This document shows positions 26,627 through 36,609 of a DNA stretch of 39,754 nucleotides, piece by piece; within the stretch, counting starts at the first letter, position 1, and each line of letters begins with the position of its first letter. Source of the DNA: a virus (taxonomy: Duplodnaviria > Caudoviricetes); IMG/VR virus record IMGVR_UViG_3300043244_000125, positions 1 through 39,754 of that record; one strand, 5' to 3'. Both the position numbers and the translations under genes were made by a program. Under the pieces are notes generated by a model that saw only the letters and a program-made list of their open reading frames with translations, ran no database searches and had not been told where the DNA came from.

Positions 26627-26848
26627 ATGACCACGCCCGACACCGAGCCCGGCTTCGGCCTCGGCCATCCCGACCCCCCGGCCCGACTGCCCGACGCGGG
26701 CGGCGTCTACGCCTACACGCCGGCGAGCGGTCGCCGCGCCGCCAAGCTCGAGGCCGTCGCGGCGATCGAGGGCGCGGCCGAACCGACCGACCCCGACGAA
26801 CATTCCCCCGAAGTGCCCGCCGAAGAGCCCGCCGACCCGCCGGCGTGA
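26627..26848 (+). CDS. Small hypothetical protein
   Basis: GGAG RBS; LPDAGGVY motif; precedes the tail tube. Confidence 0.6.
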   Translation: MTTPDTEPGFGLGHPDPPARLPDAGGVYAYTPASGRRAAKLEAVAAIEGAAEPTDPDEHSPEVPAEEPADPPA

Positions 26849-26904
26849 CGCCGCGCGCCGCTTGAACCGAGCCGCGCCCCGGGCGCGCGACCCAAGGAGC
26901 CGAC

Positions 26905-27837
26905 ATGCCGTTTTCCAGCCTTCGCAAGACCGTCCACATGGCCGTCGAGACCGTCTATGGCACCGCGCCGGCGTTCGCGGGCGCGCAGACGTTCGTCGCC
27001 GAAAACTTCGAAGTCTCGCCCATGGAGGGCGAGATCGTCGAGCGCAATCCCCATCAGGCGATGCTGGGCGCGAGCCGGCGCAAGGTCGCGCCGCGCTACG
27101 CCAGCGTGTCGTTCGACGTGGCCATGGTCGCCCGCGCGGCGGCCGCGACGCCCGCGCCCTATCGCGCCGCCCTGATCGCGGGCGGCTGGGCCGAGACCGT
27201 CCAGGCCGGCACGAGCGTCACCTACAATCCGATCTCCTCGGCCTTCGGCTCGGCGGCGATCCTCTACAATCAGGACGGCGAGGCACGCGTCATCCGCGGC
27301 ATCCGCGGCGGGGTGGGCCTGCGCTTCACCAAGGGCGAGGTTCCCTATCTGCGGTTCGAGGGCTTCGGGCTCTATGCCGCGCGGGCGGCGGCGGCCATGG
27401 CCGCGCAGGATTACAGCGGCTGGGGCGAACCCGACCTCGTCGTGTCGGGCACGACCACCTTCGCCGCCGGGGCCTTCACGACCGCCGCGCTCGAAAGCTT
27501 CGAGCTCGGGGTGCAGAACATTTTCGAGTATCGCAACCGGCCGGGACAGGAAGGCGTGGTGCCGGTGCGCCCGCGCGCGTTCGAGGCGTCCATCAGCGTG
27601 CTGGACGAGCCCACCGCCGTTTGGGACCCCGAGGGGGCGATGCGTGCGGAGACCCTCGCCCTCTTCGATCTGCAGCACGGCCTCGTCGCGGGCCGTCGCG
27701 TGCGGGTGCAACTGCCCAACGGGCAGATCACCGCGGTGAGCGAAACCGACGTCGACGGCGAGGCGGGGCGCGACGTCACGGTGCTGGCGACCTCGCCCTT
27801 GGGCGCGAACGCCGACGTCGCGATCGTGCTGAGCTGA
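26905..27837 (+). CDS. Major tail tube protein (non-contractile type)
   Basis: AAGGAG RBS; ETVYGT.P N-terminus, G.RG......GEVP.L.FE..GLY; no sheath gene adjacent. Confidence 0.82.
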   Translation: MPFSSLRKTVHMAVETVYGTAPAFAGAQTFVAENFEVSPMEGEIVERNPHQAMLGASRRKVAPRYASVSFDVAMVARAAAATPAPYRAALIAGGWAETVQAGTSVTYNPISSAFGSAAILYNQDGEARVIRGIRGGVGLRFTKGEVPYLRFEGFGLYAARAAAAMAAQDYSGWGEPDLVVSGTTTFAAGAFTTAALESFELGVQNIFEYRNRPGQEGVVPVRPRAFEASISVLDEPTAVWDPEGAMRAETLALFDLQHGLVAGRRVRVQLPNGQITAVSETDVDGEAGRDVTVLATSPLGANADVAIVLS

Positions 27838-27915
27838 ACGCTTTCGTGCCGCGCAACTTCGCCGCGCGCGGCGAAACGCGCTTGCTTGTTTCCACGCGCT
27901 TGGAGGGGTCGCCCG

Positions 27916-28287
27916 ATGAAACTGAAATGGATGCGGGACGACGAGCCGCTGCGGGTCGACTGGCCGGTCACGATCGAGGCGCCGGCCGACGGCGGCGGGC
28001 TCGACAGCGAGACGGTCACGCTGCGCTTTGAAATCGTGCCGGCGGCCGAGGCCGAAGCGCTGCTCGCGCCCGAGGCGGGCGACCTTGCGCGCTCGGTCAT
28101 GGCCGGGGTCGATCCCGACACGACGGTCCGGTTCCTGACGCGCGTCATCGTCGGCTGGTCGGAGGTCGAGGTCGGGGCGAGCTTCTCCCCCGAGGCTCTC
28201 GGCCGCCTGCTGCGCTTCCCCTTCGCGCGCAACGCGATCTTCCGCGCCTATGGCCAAGCGGCGCAGGGGCGGCGCGCAAAAAACTGA
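27916..28287 (+). CDS. Tail assembly chaperone (lambda gpG-like)
   Basis: WPVTIE.PADGG...F...VIVGW; ends RAKN* on slippery A AAA AAC. Confidence 0.82.
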   Translation: MKLKWMRDDEPLRVDWPVTIEAPADGGGLDSETVTLRFEIVPAAEAEALLAPEAGDLARSVMAGVDPDTTVRFLTRVIVGWSEVEVGASFSPEALGRLLRFPFARNAIFRAYGQAAQGRRAKN

Positions 28288-28784
28288 TCGCGCTCGCCGC
28301 CGCGCTCGCGGGCGAGGCGGCGGGCGAGGCGGCGAGCGGGCCGAGCGAGGCGGAAACGCGGGCGCGGATCGAGGCCGAGGCCGCCGATCTGGCGGTGACG
28401 TGGGGCTCTTCGCGCCAAGCGCGCGCCTGGGCGGACGCGCGGCTGGCCCGGATGGGCGTCGCGCGGGAGGCGGATGCGGCCGGGGACGGCGGGATCGCCG
28501 TGGCGCCCGACAATCGCGCCGCCGTCGAGACGTTCTTGGGTCTGTCGACCCAGTGGAGGGTGAGCGTGGCGAGCGGACTGGGCGGATCGATGCGGTGGCG
28601 GGAGGGGCTCGATTACGCGGCCCTGCCCGCGACGTGCGCCGCGCTGGGTCACGTCCTCGACGCCGATCTGTTCGCCGCCGTGCGGGTGATGGAAGCCGAG
28701 ACGCTGCGGCTCGACCGGGCGCGGCTGGCCCGGGACGCCGCACGGCGCAGGTCCCGCGCGGGCGCCCCAAGGGGTCGGCGATGA
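28281..28784 (+). CDS. Tail assembly chaperone -1 frameshift extension (gpGT-like, DUF1799-like)
   Basis: -1 frame open from the slippery site to 28784; PDN.AAVE.F..L.TQWR...GLDYAAL...VRVME. Confidence 0.8.
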   Translation, partial: KLIALAAALAGEAAGEAASGPSEAETRARIEAEAADLAVTWGSSRQARAWADARLARMGVAREADAAGDGGIAVAPDNRAAVETFLGLSTQWRVSVASGLGGSMRWREGLDYAALPATCAALGHVLDADLFAAVRVMEAETLRLDRARLARDAARRRSRAGAPRGRR

Positions 28785-31700
28785 ACGCCGGGCTGGTCGC
28801 CAAGCTGCTGGTCAAGGCCGACGCCTCGGAAGTGACCCAGGCGGCCGCCCAGGCGCGCGCGGCGCTCGCGGGGCTTGAAACCGCAACCGACAAGGTCGCG
28901 GCGGCCAATGACGATGCGGCGGGCGCCGGCCGACGCGCGGCCGATGCGGCGCAGGCGCACGCCGCCGCCGCCCGCCAGGCGGCCGACGCGGTCGACGACC
29001 ACGCGAACAAGGCCGCGAGCGCCACCAAGGCCCATGCCGGTTTGGGCGGCGTGCTGGGCGTGGTGGGCGGAACGGTCGGCATGCTGGCCGCCGGCGCCGC
29101 GGTCGGCGCGGCGGGGTTGCTGAGCTTGGCGCTGGCGGCGGTGCAGACCGGCGTGGATCTCGACAAGGCCGCGACCACGATCGGCGTGGGCGTGGAGGCG
29201 CTGCAAGAGCTGCGGTTCGCCGCCGTCGAGGCCGGCGTCGGCGTCGAGACGATGGACGGCATGCTGACGCGATTGGGCGAGAGCTCGCGCGCGGCGGACG
29301 ACGACGCCTCCTTGGCCGCCATCGCGTTCGAGCGGGTCGGGACGAGCGCGCGCGACGCGAGCGGCAAGACGCGTCCGCTCGACGACGTGCTGGGCGACGT
29401 GCTGACCGGCCTCGCCGCCATCCCCGACGACGCCGAGCGCGCGGTCGCGGCCCAGGAGCTTTTGGGCGTCACGGGGGCCGATTTGGCCGACGTGTTGGCG
29501 ATGACCTCGGACGGCATGGATGCGGCCCGCCAGAAGGCGCGCGAGCTGGGCGTCGTGATGAGCGAGGAAGCGGTCGCCGCCGCGATGCAGGCCCGGGAGA
29601 ATTTCGAACGCCTCGGCCATGTGGTGGGCCAACAGATGACGGCGGCGGCCAGCGCCGCCCTGCCGCTCATCGTCGATCTCACGGGGGCGATCGCCGAGCA
29701 GGCCCCGCGCATCATCGGCCTTGCCCAGTCGGTGCTGGAATGGCTGGGCGTGCTCGACCAGACGCCCATCCGGATGGCGCGCGCGCACACCCAAGGCGTC
29801 GAGCGCATGATCCGGAACGCCGAGCGCGCGCGCTCGCAATGGCGCGATCTGCCCTTGATCGGCGGCATGGCCGACAAGGGTCTCATCCCGGGCATCCCGA
29901 GCAAGGACGAGTTCGAAACCGAGCTCAACCGGCTCAAGCTGCAGGCGGGGCGCGGCTATGCGGAGATCTCGCGGCTGGAAACCCAAGCGCGCGACCGGGC
30001 CGACCGGGCGGAGCGCGAAGCGGCGGCCGCCGAAGAGGCCCGGAGGAAGGCCGCCGCCGCCGACGCCGAAGAGGCGCGACGGCGCGCGCTGGCGGGAAGC
30101 GGTCGCGGCGCTTCGAGCCCCCCGCCTTCGCGCGCGCCGGCCCAGACGCGCGCCGCCGATCTGGCCGCCGCCCGCGAGGCGCTGCGGCTGGAGGAACGCC
30201 GGGCGGCGGCCGTGGCGGAGACCGAGGACCGGATCGCGCAGTCGGTCGAGGCGACGCGCGCGCGCGCCGACGCGACCGGCGTGATCGCGCGGCATGCCGA
30301 GCGCGAGCGCGAGATCCAGGCCCTGCTGGCGCCGATGCTGAAGGACGGCTTGGCGTTCAGCCAAGCCCAGCTCGCCGCCAAGCGCGCGGAAGCGGAAGCC
30401 GCGGTCGATCTGGCGGCGGCCGAGACGGCGGCGGGGGAAGAGCGGGCGGCCCGCGACGCCGCCGCCCGGGACGCGGCCGCGGCCCGACAACGCGCGATCG
30501 AAGCCGAAGTCGACGCGACGATGGACGCGGCGCTGGCGCGGACCGAAAGCGCCCGCACGCTTCTGGACCTCGCCGCCGAGGAGGCGCGTTTCGCGGGCCT
30601 CACGCGCGAGGAACGCGAGGCGCTCACGCTGGTCGAGAGCGAGATCAATCGGCTCAGAAGCGCCGGCGTGCAGCTGAGCGCGGCGGACCTCGAGGCCCAT
30701 CGCGCGCAGCTGGCGCTCTTGGCCAAGGGCGTGGTCGAGGCGCGCAAGGCCAACCGGGTCGCGGAGATGATGACGCGGCGGATGGAAGAGGCCGCGCGCG
30801 ACGTCGAGGACGCCTGGGTCGACGCCTGGGACCGGATGCTGGACGGCAGCCTCGACGGGTTCGCGGACTTCGGCCAGGCGCTCGTCAAGCAGTGGAAGAC
30901 CCAAGTCCTCACCGCGCTGATGAAGCGGATCGTGGTGCAGGTCGACCTTGCGACGTCGGGCGGGCAAGGCGGTTTCGGCTTGAGCGGCGAAGGCGGGCTC
31001 AAGGGGCTGTTGAACACGCTCTCAGGCGGGCTTGACGGCGTGCTTTCGGCCTTCGAGGCGGAGGCCGGCAAAGTCGGCGAGAGCTTCCAGTCGGTCGCCC
31101 GGTCGTTCGGCGCGAAGGCCGGCGGCACGCTCGACAAACTGGCCGGGTCGGCGGGACAGGCCTTCGCGGGGGGCACGGCGGGGGTCGAGGTCGCCAAGGC
31201 GCTCGGCCTCAAGGGCTCGGAGAAGGCGACGTGGCAGGCGGTCGGCGACGTCTCGGCCGCTGTCATCGGCTATTCCATGGGCGGCCCGATCGGCGCGGCG
31301 ATCGCGACGATCATCAGCCGGGGCATCGGGACGCTGACGCGCGACAAGGACTATCCCTACGCGCGCGCCGACATCGTGGTGGCGAACGGCGCCTTCTCGG
31401 TGAAGGGGACCGAGGGTCTCGACGGCGGCCCCGCCGACGACGTGGCGGCGGGCGCGGCGGAACTCGCCAAGGCGCTGAACGAAGCGGCCAAGCTGTTCAA
31501 GATCGATCTGAGCCAAGAGAGCGGCGCCTATGCCTCTTGGGGCTGGACCAGCGGCCGGTTCGCGCTGGACAAAGGCTTCTTCGGCGGCGCGGTCAACACG
31601 GCGGCGGGCGAGTATGACCAGACGAGCGACGCGCTCGGGACCGGCCGGAAGGGCGCGGCCAATCTGGAGGCGGTGTCGACCGCCTACGGCACGGCGGTCG

Positions 31701-32734
31701 AAGGCATGGAAGACGCCGGCAAGGCGGCGCTCGAAGTCATCAAGGACACGATGATCCGGCTGGCCGAGCGGGCGGGCGAGGCGTTCACCGACGCCGAGAT
31801 CGCCGTCATCCGGTCGGCCGAAAGCATCGAAGAGGCGGCCGCGCGCATCAGCCGGGGCCGCGACTTCGCCCGGTCGATCGAGGACATGATCCTCGAGATC
31901 GTCGATCCCGCGCTCGCCGCGCGCAACGCCGCGATCCGCGACGTCGAAGAAAAGATGGACGCGCTCAAGGCCGAGGCGCGCGGCCTGATCGAGGCGGGCC
32001 TCGTGTCGAGCGACACGCTGGCGCGCATCGACCGGCTGCGGGAGCTGCAGCTCGACAAGACGCTGGCGGATCTGGGCTCGGCCGCCGCCGGGGCGATGGG
32101 CGCCATCCAGGCGGCCGCGCCGCGCCTGCGCGAATGGCTCGACCGGGCCGCGATGTCCGAGGACGCGCTGATCGCCCCGGCCGAGGCGCGCGCGCTCGCC
32201 TACGCCCAGTACGAACGCTTGCTCGAAAAGGCCAAGGCGGGCGATTCCGAGGCGCTGGGCCGCCTGACCGGCGCGGCCGACGCTTTGCTGGACGCCGATC
32301 GCGCGGCGACCGAGGACGCCCAGGCCCGTCGCGCCCTCTTCGAGAGCGTGACCGGCGCGATCGCGGCGCTGGCCGCGACCGACGTCGAAGCCTCGACGCC
32401 GGCTCTGCTGCAGGAACTCACGCGGGTCACCGACGACGGACTGTCCGCGGTCGTCGCCGCGATCGCCAAGGCGACGCCGCCGGTCCCGACCGGCCAAGCC
32501 CCGGCGCCCGGACCCGGCGCCCGGACCCGCGCGATCGTCGAGGGCGACGGCGGCGGCGCGCAGGCGCTCACGCGCGCGGTCGCGGCCGCCGCCGATCACC
32601 AGGTGTCGAGCCTCGCGCCTTTGCTCGCGGCCATGGCCGACCGGCTGGCCTCGGTCGAAGGGGCGATCGCCGAACAGGCGCGCGAACAGCGCGTCGCGAA
32701 CGCCTGGGCGCGACAGGCGAGGGCGGCGCGATGA
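28781..32734 (+). CDS. Tape measure protein (1317 aa)
   Basis: Long Ala-rich helical ORF after the chaperones; ATGA overlap. Confidence 0.92.
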   Translation: MNAGLVAKLLVKADASEVTQAAAQARAALAGLETATDKVAAANDDAAGAGRRAADAAQAHAAAARQAADAVDDHANKAASATKAHAGLGGVLGVVGGTVGMLAAGAAVGAAGLLSLALAAVQTGVDLDKAATTIGVGVEALQELRFAAVEAGVGVETMDGMLTRLGESSRAADDDASLAAIAFERVGTSARDASGKTRPLDDVLGDVLTGLAAIPDDAERAVAAQELLGVTGADLADVLAMTSDGMDAARQKARELGVVMSEEAVAAAMQARENFERLGHVVGQQMTAAASAALPLIVDLTGAIAEQAPRIIGLAQSVLEWLGVLDQTPIRMARAHTQGVERMIRNAERARSQWRDLPLIGGMADKGLIPGIPSKDEFETELNRLKLQAGRGYAEISRLETQARDRADRAEREAAAAEEARRKAAAADAEEARRRALAGSGRGASSPPPSRAPAQTRAADLAAAREALRLEERRAAAVAETEDRIAQSVEATRARADATGVIARHAEREREIQALLAPMLKDGLAFSQAQLAAKRAEAEAAVDLAAAETAAGEERAARDAAARDAAAARQRAIEAEVDATMDAALARTESARTLLDLAAEEARFAGLTREEREALTLVESEINRLRSAGVQLSAADLEAHRAQLALLAKGVVEARKANRVAEMMTRRMEEAARDVEDAWVDAWDRMLDGSLDGFADFGQALVKQWKTQVLTALMKRIVVQVDLATSGGQGGFGLSGEGGLKGLLNTLSGGLDGVLSAFEAEAGKVGESFQSVARSFGAKAGGTLDKLAGSAGQAFAGGTAGVEVAKALGLKGSEKATWQAVGDVSAAVIGYSMGGPIGAAIATIISRGIGTLTRDKDYPYARADIVVANGAFSVKGTEGLDGGPADDVAAGAAELAKALNEAAKLFKIDLSQESGAYASWGWTSGRFALDKGFFGGAVNTAAGEYDQTSDALGTGRKGAANLEAVSTAYGTAVEGMEDAGKAALEVIKDTMIRLAERAGEAFTDAEIAVIRSAESIEEAAARISRGRDFARSIEDMILEIVDPALAARNAAIRDVEEKMDALKAEARGLIEAGLVSSDTLARIDRLRELQLDKTLADLGSAAAGAMGAIQAAAPRLREWLDRAAMSEDALIAPAEARALAYAQYERLLEKAKAGDSEALGRLTGAADALLDADRAATEDAQARRALFESVTGAIAALAATDVEASTPALLQELTRVTDDGLSAVVAAIAKATPPVPTGQAPAPGPGARTRAIVEGDGGGAQALTRAVAAAADHQVSSLAPLLAAMADRLASVEGAIAEQAREQRVANAWARQARAAR

Positions 32735-34368
32735 AGCGGGTGCTGGCACGCACGCGGCGGACGGCGGGCGCGGGCGCGGGCGCGCCCACGATCACGCAAT
32801 GGTTCGCCGACGCCCCCACGCGCCCGCCGCCGCCCGGGGCGACCCTCGGCGGGGAGGCGGTCGGCGGCGTCGTGATCGAGGACCGCATCCTTGCGACCCC
32901 CGCCCTCAGCCGCGAACTCGCCGCCGATCCCGCCACGCTGACGGCCGGCTGGGGCGCGGGCGCGCTCGAACTCGCCAATGGCGACGGCCAGCTCGACGCC
33001 GCGCTGGGTCACGTGTGGCGCGACGTGGCCGTCTGGCTTTGGGACGACGCCGTCGGCGGGATCGAGACCGCGATCGCGCTCTATTCGGCCGATTGCGGGC
33101 GGGCCGAGCATCTGAGCTCGACGGCGCGGCCCAAGCGGGTCGTCATCCCGCTCTCCGACGCGATGGCGCGGCTCGATCGCGATCTGATCGCCAATCGCCA
33201 CACCGGGGCGAACAACGGCACGAGCGTGCTCTACGAAGGCGAAGCCGGCACGATCGCGGGGCTGCCCAAGCCCTGGCTCGTCGGGGACATGGACACGGCC
33301 GCCGGCGGTCCTGGATGCCCGGCCGCGCACCTGCCCGGGCGGCGCGTCAACGGTCCCGCCCGCGTGTGGCAGCTGCACGACGGGGCGGTCGAGGCCGGCG
33401 TCGAGGTGATGGATCGGGGCGCCCCGAGCGGCCTGGCGTTCGACGGCGATTTCGCCGGGGCCGCGTTCGACGCGCGCACGCCGCCGCCGGCGAGCTTCGC
33501 GACCGACCGCGCGCGCGGCCTCGTGAAGCTCGTCGACGGTCTGATCGGGCCGGTCACGTTCGGCGCGGTCCGGCGCGCGGCGCTGCCCGCCTCGCCCGGG
33601 GCCGCCGCGAGCGCCGCCCCCGGTCGCTGTCTGGCCGACGTGCTCGCCGTGGCGAGCCCGTCGGGGGGCGCGAAATCGGCGCTGACATTCGATGCGACGC
33701 AGCTGCGCGACGCCTTGGGCGCCGGGCCGTCGGGCTGGTGGTTCGACGAGCCGACGAGCGTGCGCGAAGCGGCCGGCGTGTTCGCCCGGTCGGGCGGCGG
33801 GGTCCTGGCGGCCACGCGCGACGGCTCCTTGTTCGCGGCGCTTCTGGCCGCGCCGGCGGCGGTTCCCGCCCACACGATCGAGGCGATCGACATCGTCTCG
33901 ATCGCGCCGGCCGAAGCCGCGCCCGCGCCCGTGGGCGAAGTGCGGGTGGGCTGGGGGCGCCTTTGGACGACGATCGCCGACGCGGATCTGGCGCCCTCGC
34001 TGCGCGCCACCGCCGACGCCGCCCGCTTGTCGGAGACCTGGCGCTGGGCGCGCGCGACGGACGCCGCCACCCAAGCCCGCGCGCCCGACTGGCGCACCAT
34101 CAGCGTGGAGACGGGCCTGCGATCGCAGGCGCGCGCCGAGGCGGTCGCCGCCCAATTGCTGGGCGCGCTGGCGCTCAAGGCGAGCGGGGAAGCCCGGCGG
34201 GCCTGGACCGTCACGCTCGAAATCGACGAGGCGCGCCTGGCGGTCGAGCTGGGGGCCAGCGTGCGCCTGATCTGGCCCGACGGCGGGATCGACGCGCCCA
34301 TGCTGCTCATCGGGGAGCATCTGTGCGCCCCGCGTCGCGACCTCTTGCAATGGAGCCTGTGGGGATGA
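32731..34368 (+). CDS. Tail tip/hub protein
   Basis: Coupled to TMP; LELANGDGQLD, GLPKPW..G, FATDRARGLVKL. Confidence 0.7.
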   Translation: MKRVLARTRRTAGAGAGAPTITQWFADAPTRPPPPGATLGGEAVGGVVIEDRILATPALSRELAADPATLTAGWGAGALELANGDGQLDAALGHVWRDVAVWLWDDAVGGIETAIALYSADCGRAEHLSSTARPKRVVIPLSDAMARLDRDLIANRHTGANNGTSVLYEGEAGTIAGLPKPWLVGDMDTAAGGPGCPAAHLPGRRVNGPARVWQLHDGAVEAGVEVMDRGAPSGLAFDGDFAGAAFDARTPPPASFATDRARGLVKLVDGLIGPVTFGAVRRAALPASPGAAASAAPGRCLADVLAVASPSGGAKSALTFDATQLRDALGAGPSGWWFDEPTSVREAAGVFARSGGGVLAATRDGSLFAALLAAPAAVPAHTIEAIDIVSIAPAEAAPAPVGEVRVGWGRLWTTIADADLAPSLRATADAARLSETWRWARATDAATQARAPDWRTISVETGLRSQARAEAVAAQLLGALALKASGEARRAWTVTLEIDEARLAVELGASVRLIWPDGGIDAPMLLIGEHLCAPRRDLLQWSLWG

Positions 34369-35252
34369 TCGCGACGGGCGCGCTCGGTCGCCTGAGCGAC
34401 CGCAATCTGATGGAGACCGCGACGATCACCGCCCCGGGCGGAGGCTGGGACGCGGGCCTGCCCGTCGCCAATCTGGCCGATCGGGCGTGGATCGCGCGGC
34501 CCGCCCGCTGCGTGGCGCCGGGCAATCCGGCGTTGGCGCGCTTCGACGCGACGCTCGATCGCCAGCGCGCCGTGAGCGTGGTCGCCCTCCTCTTCCACAC
34601 GCTGTCGAGCGTGGCCCAATGGCGGGTGAGCGGCGCGCCGGCCGCCGGCGATCTGAACGCCCCGACCTGGACGAGCGGCTGGCGGCCGGCGCATCCGCGC
34701 TGGTCGGCGTCGGCGTCCTTGCCTTGGGAGGACCCGAATTGGTGGACGGGATCGCCCGCCGGCGCGGATCTCGATCTTTTCCCCCGCCACGCGATCTGGA
34801 CCGCGCCGGCCGGCGCCGCCCCGCCGCTCGCCGCCAAGGTGCGCGTGGAAATCTCCGACGGCGCCGCGGCCTTCGTCGACATGGGCGGGGCGTGGATCGG
34901 ATCGGGATGGCAGGCGCTGGCCAATCACGAGCGCGGCCGGCAATTGGGCTTGCTCGCGCGCGACGTGGTCGAAGAGGCGCCGTCGGGGCGGTTCTTCGCC
35001 GACGAGCGCGCGCCGCGACGGACGCTCGCGCTGCGCTGGGACGGCCTGAGCGACGCCGATGCGCGCCGCCTGTTCGACGCGGGCGCGCGCGTGCGGGGAT
35101 CGGGCGCCCTGCTCTTCGTGCCCGACGCCGGCGACGCCGCGGCGCTCGCGCGCGAGGCCTTCCCCGCGACCTGGGCCGAGCGCCCGGCCCCCGTGTTCAA
35201 TTTCGACGGCGCCAATGCCGCCCGCGCCGTCATTCAGGAGATCGTTTCATGA
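34365..35252 (+). CDS. Tail tip (distal tail-like) protein
   Basis: Coupled ORF; LPVANL, LPWEDPNWW.G, LLFVPD. Confidence 0.65.
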   Translation: MIATGALGRLSDRNLMETATITAPGGGWDAGLPVANLADRAWIARPARCVAPGNPALARFDATLDRQRAVSVVALLFHTLSSVAQWRVSGAPAAGDLNAPTWTSGWRPAHPRWSASASLPWEDPNWWTGSPAGADLDLFPRHAIWTAPAGAAPPLAAKVRVEISDGAAAFVDMGGAWIGSGWQALANHERGRQLGLLARDVVEEAPSGRFFADERAPRRTLALRWDGLSDADARRLFDAGARVRGSGALLFVPDAGDAAALAREAFPATWAERPAPVFNFDGANAARAVIQEIVS

Positions 35253-36361
35253 GCTTGGACGCCGTCGCCGTGCAGCTGGCTCGCCTTGGCCTCTACAATT
35301 CCGGCCCCGTCGGACCGACCAACCCCTACGGGCTGGCCGCCGACGGACATCAGAGCAACTTCCCGCAGGCATGCTCGGACCTCGCGGCCGTCGCGAGCGC
35401 GATCGCGCCCTGGATGGCCGCCGTCGACGCGAACGGCCAGCTTCTGCCGCCGGGCGGCGCCTTCCGGAACGTGATCCTGAACGGCTGCGCCGACGTCGCC
35501 CAGCGCGGCAACGGGCCGTTCGCGACCGCGGTCGCGAAGACGTTCGACGGCGAGACGACCGCGCTCGGGACGACGACGAGCCGCGTGCAGTTCGGCGGCG
35601 ACGTCACCGACTGCCCCTGGGCGGTCACCGGCACATGGCCGCTGCTCGCCGCGCCCCAATGGATCCGGATCCATGAGATCGAACACGCCTTCACGCTCGA
35701 CGCCGGTCCCGTGGTCTATTCGACCTGGGTGCGTTCGGCCGCCGCCGCGACGCTGTGGGTGATCGTGGAACAGAATTTCGGGGCCGGCGGGTCGACCGCC
35801 GTGCAGGCCTACGCCCGCGCCGGCGCGGCCATTCCGACCGGCCCGACCTGGCAGCGCGTTTCGTTCACGTTCGACCTGCCCTCGACCCTCGGCAAGACGT
35901 TCGGGGCCGGCCACCGGCTGCGGGTCTACGTGGGTCCGGGCGCGAGCGCGCCGGCCGGGCAGATGTGGCTGGCGGGCGCCCAGCTCGAGCGCGGGGAGAC
36001 CGCGAGTCCGCTCGAGCGACGACCGCCGTGGCTCGAAACGCTGTTCGCGCGCCGCTATCTGCAGTCGACCTATCCCGACGGCGTGGCGCCGGGCACGCTC
36101 AACGCGGGCGGCGCCTTGGGGGCGCTCTCGAACGCGTCGGGCGCTTTCTTCGAGTGGCGCTTCCCGACGCCGATGCGGGTCGCCCCGACCGTTCAGACGT
36201 TCCGGCCGGACGGCGCGGGCTCTGGCACGACGGCGTCGCCCGGCTCGGCCGCGGTCTCCCTCGTTCGCTCGACGCCCGACGTCGTCTCGCTGCTGGCGAC
36301 GACGGGCACGACGGCGGGCAACGTGTGCAGCGTGCACGTGCTCGCCGACGCGAGCCTTTGA
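35249..36361 (+). CDS. Tail fibre/receptor-binding protein with carbohydrate-binding-like domain
   Basis: FRNVILNG..DVAQRG, W.R.SFTF.LP, QLE.G..ASP.E.RP...E.....RY, FP.PMRVAPTV. Confidence 0.75.
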   Translation: MSLDAVAVQLARLGLYNSGPVGPTNPYGLAADGHQSNFPQACSDLAAVASAIAPWMAAVDANGQLLPPGGAFRNVILNGCADVAQRGNGPFATAVAKTFDGETTALGTTTSRVQFGGDVTDCPWAVTGTWPLLAAPQWIRIHEIEHAFTLDAGPVVYSTWVRSAAAATLWVIVEQNFGAGGSTAVQAYARAGAAIPTGPTWQRVSFTFDLPSTLGKTFGAGHRLRVYVGPGASAPAGQMWLAGAQLERGETASPLERRPPWLETLFARRYLQSTYPDGVAPGTLNAGGALGALSNASGAFFEWRFPTPMRVAPTVQTFRPDGAGSGTTASPGSAAVSLVRSTPDVVSLLATTGTTAGNVCSVHVLADASL

Positions 36362-36372
36362 GGAGGCCCGGC

Positions 36373-36609
36373 ATGGAACCGACTTCGTTCATTCTCGATC
36401 CCGACGCCGTGGTGCGCGAGCGCCTCGCCCAAGCGACGATCCTGACGTGGCCGACGGCCGCGCGCCCCACTTTGGAGCTGCGCTTCGGCGACGGGCAGAC
36501 CGTCTGGGCGCCCGTCGACGCCGGCAATCCCATCGCGGCGGCGCTCGCCGCCGCCGCGCTCGACGCCATCGCGCGGCTGGGCGCCCCGGCCGAGGACGGC
36601 GGGCCATGA
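36373..36609 (+). CDS. Small tail-fibre-associated protein
   Basis: AGGAGG RBS; follows the fibre gene. Confidence 0.65.
   Translation: MEPTSFILDPDAVVRERLAQATILTWPTAARPTLELRFGDGQTVWAPVDAGNPIAAALAAAALDAIARLGAPAEDGGP

Noticed and set aside
28250-28780. Track's extended start for the tape measure ORF, and similar extensions at 2978, 11905, 11927, 19885, 32134 and 34487
   Set aside because: They overlap upstream genes; downstream starts with RBS or stop/start overlap fit better
26713-29937. 1074-aa minus-strand ORF and other long antisense ORFs (2852-5335, 15873-18311, 21535-24276, 28649-30967)
   Set aside because: Shadow frames of real plus-strand genes in very high-GC DNA; Arg/Ala/Pro-rich with no motifs
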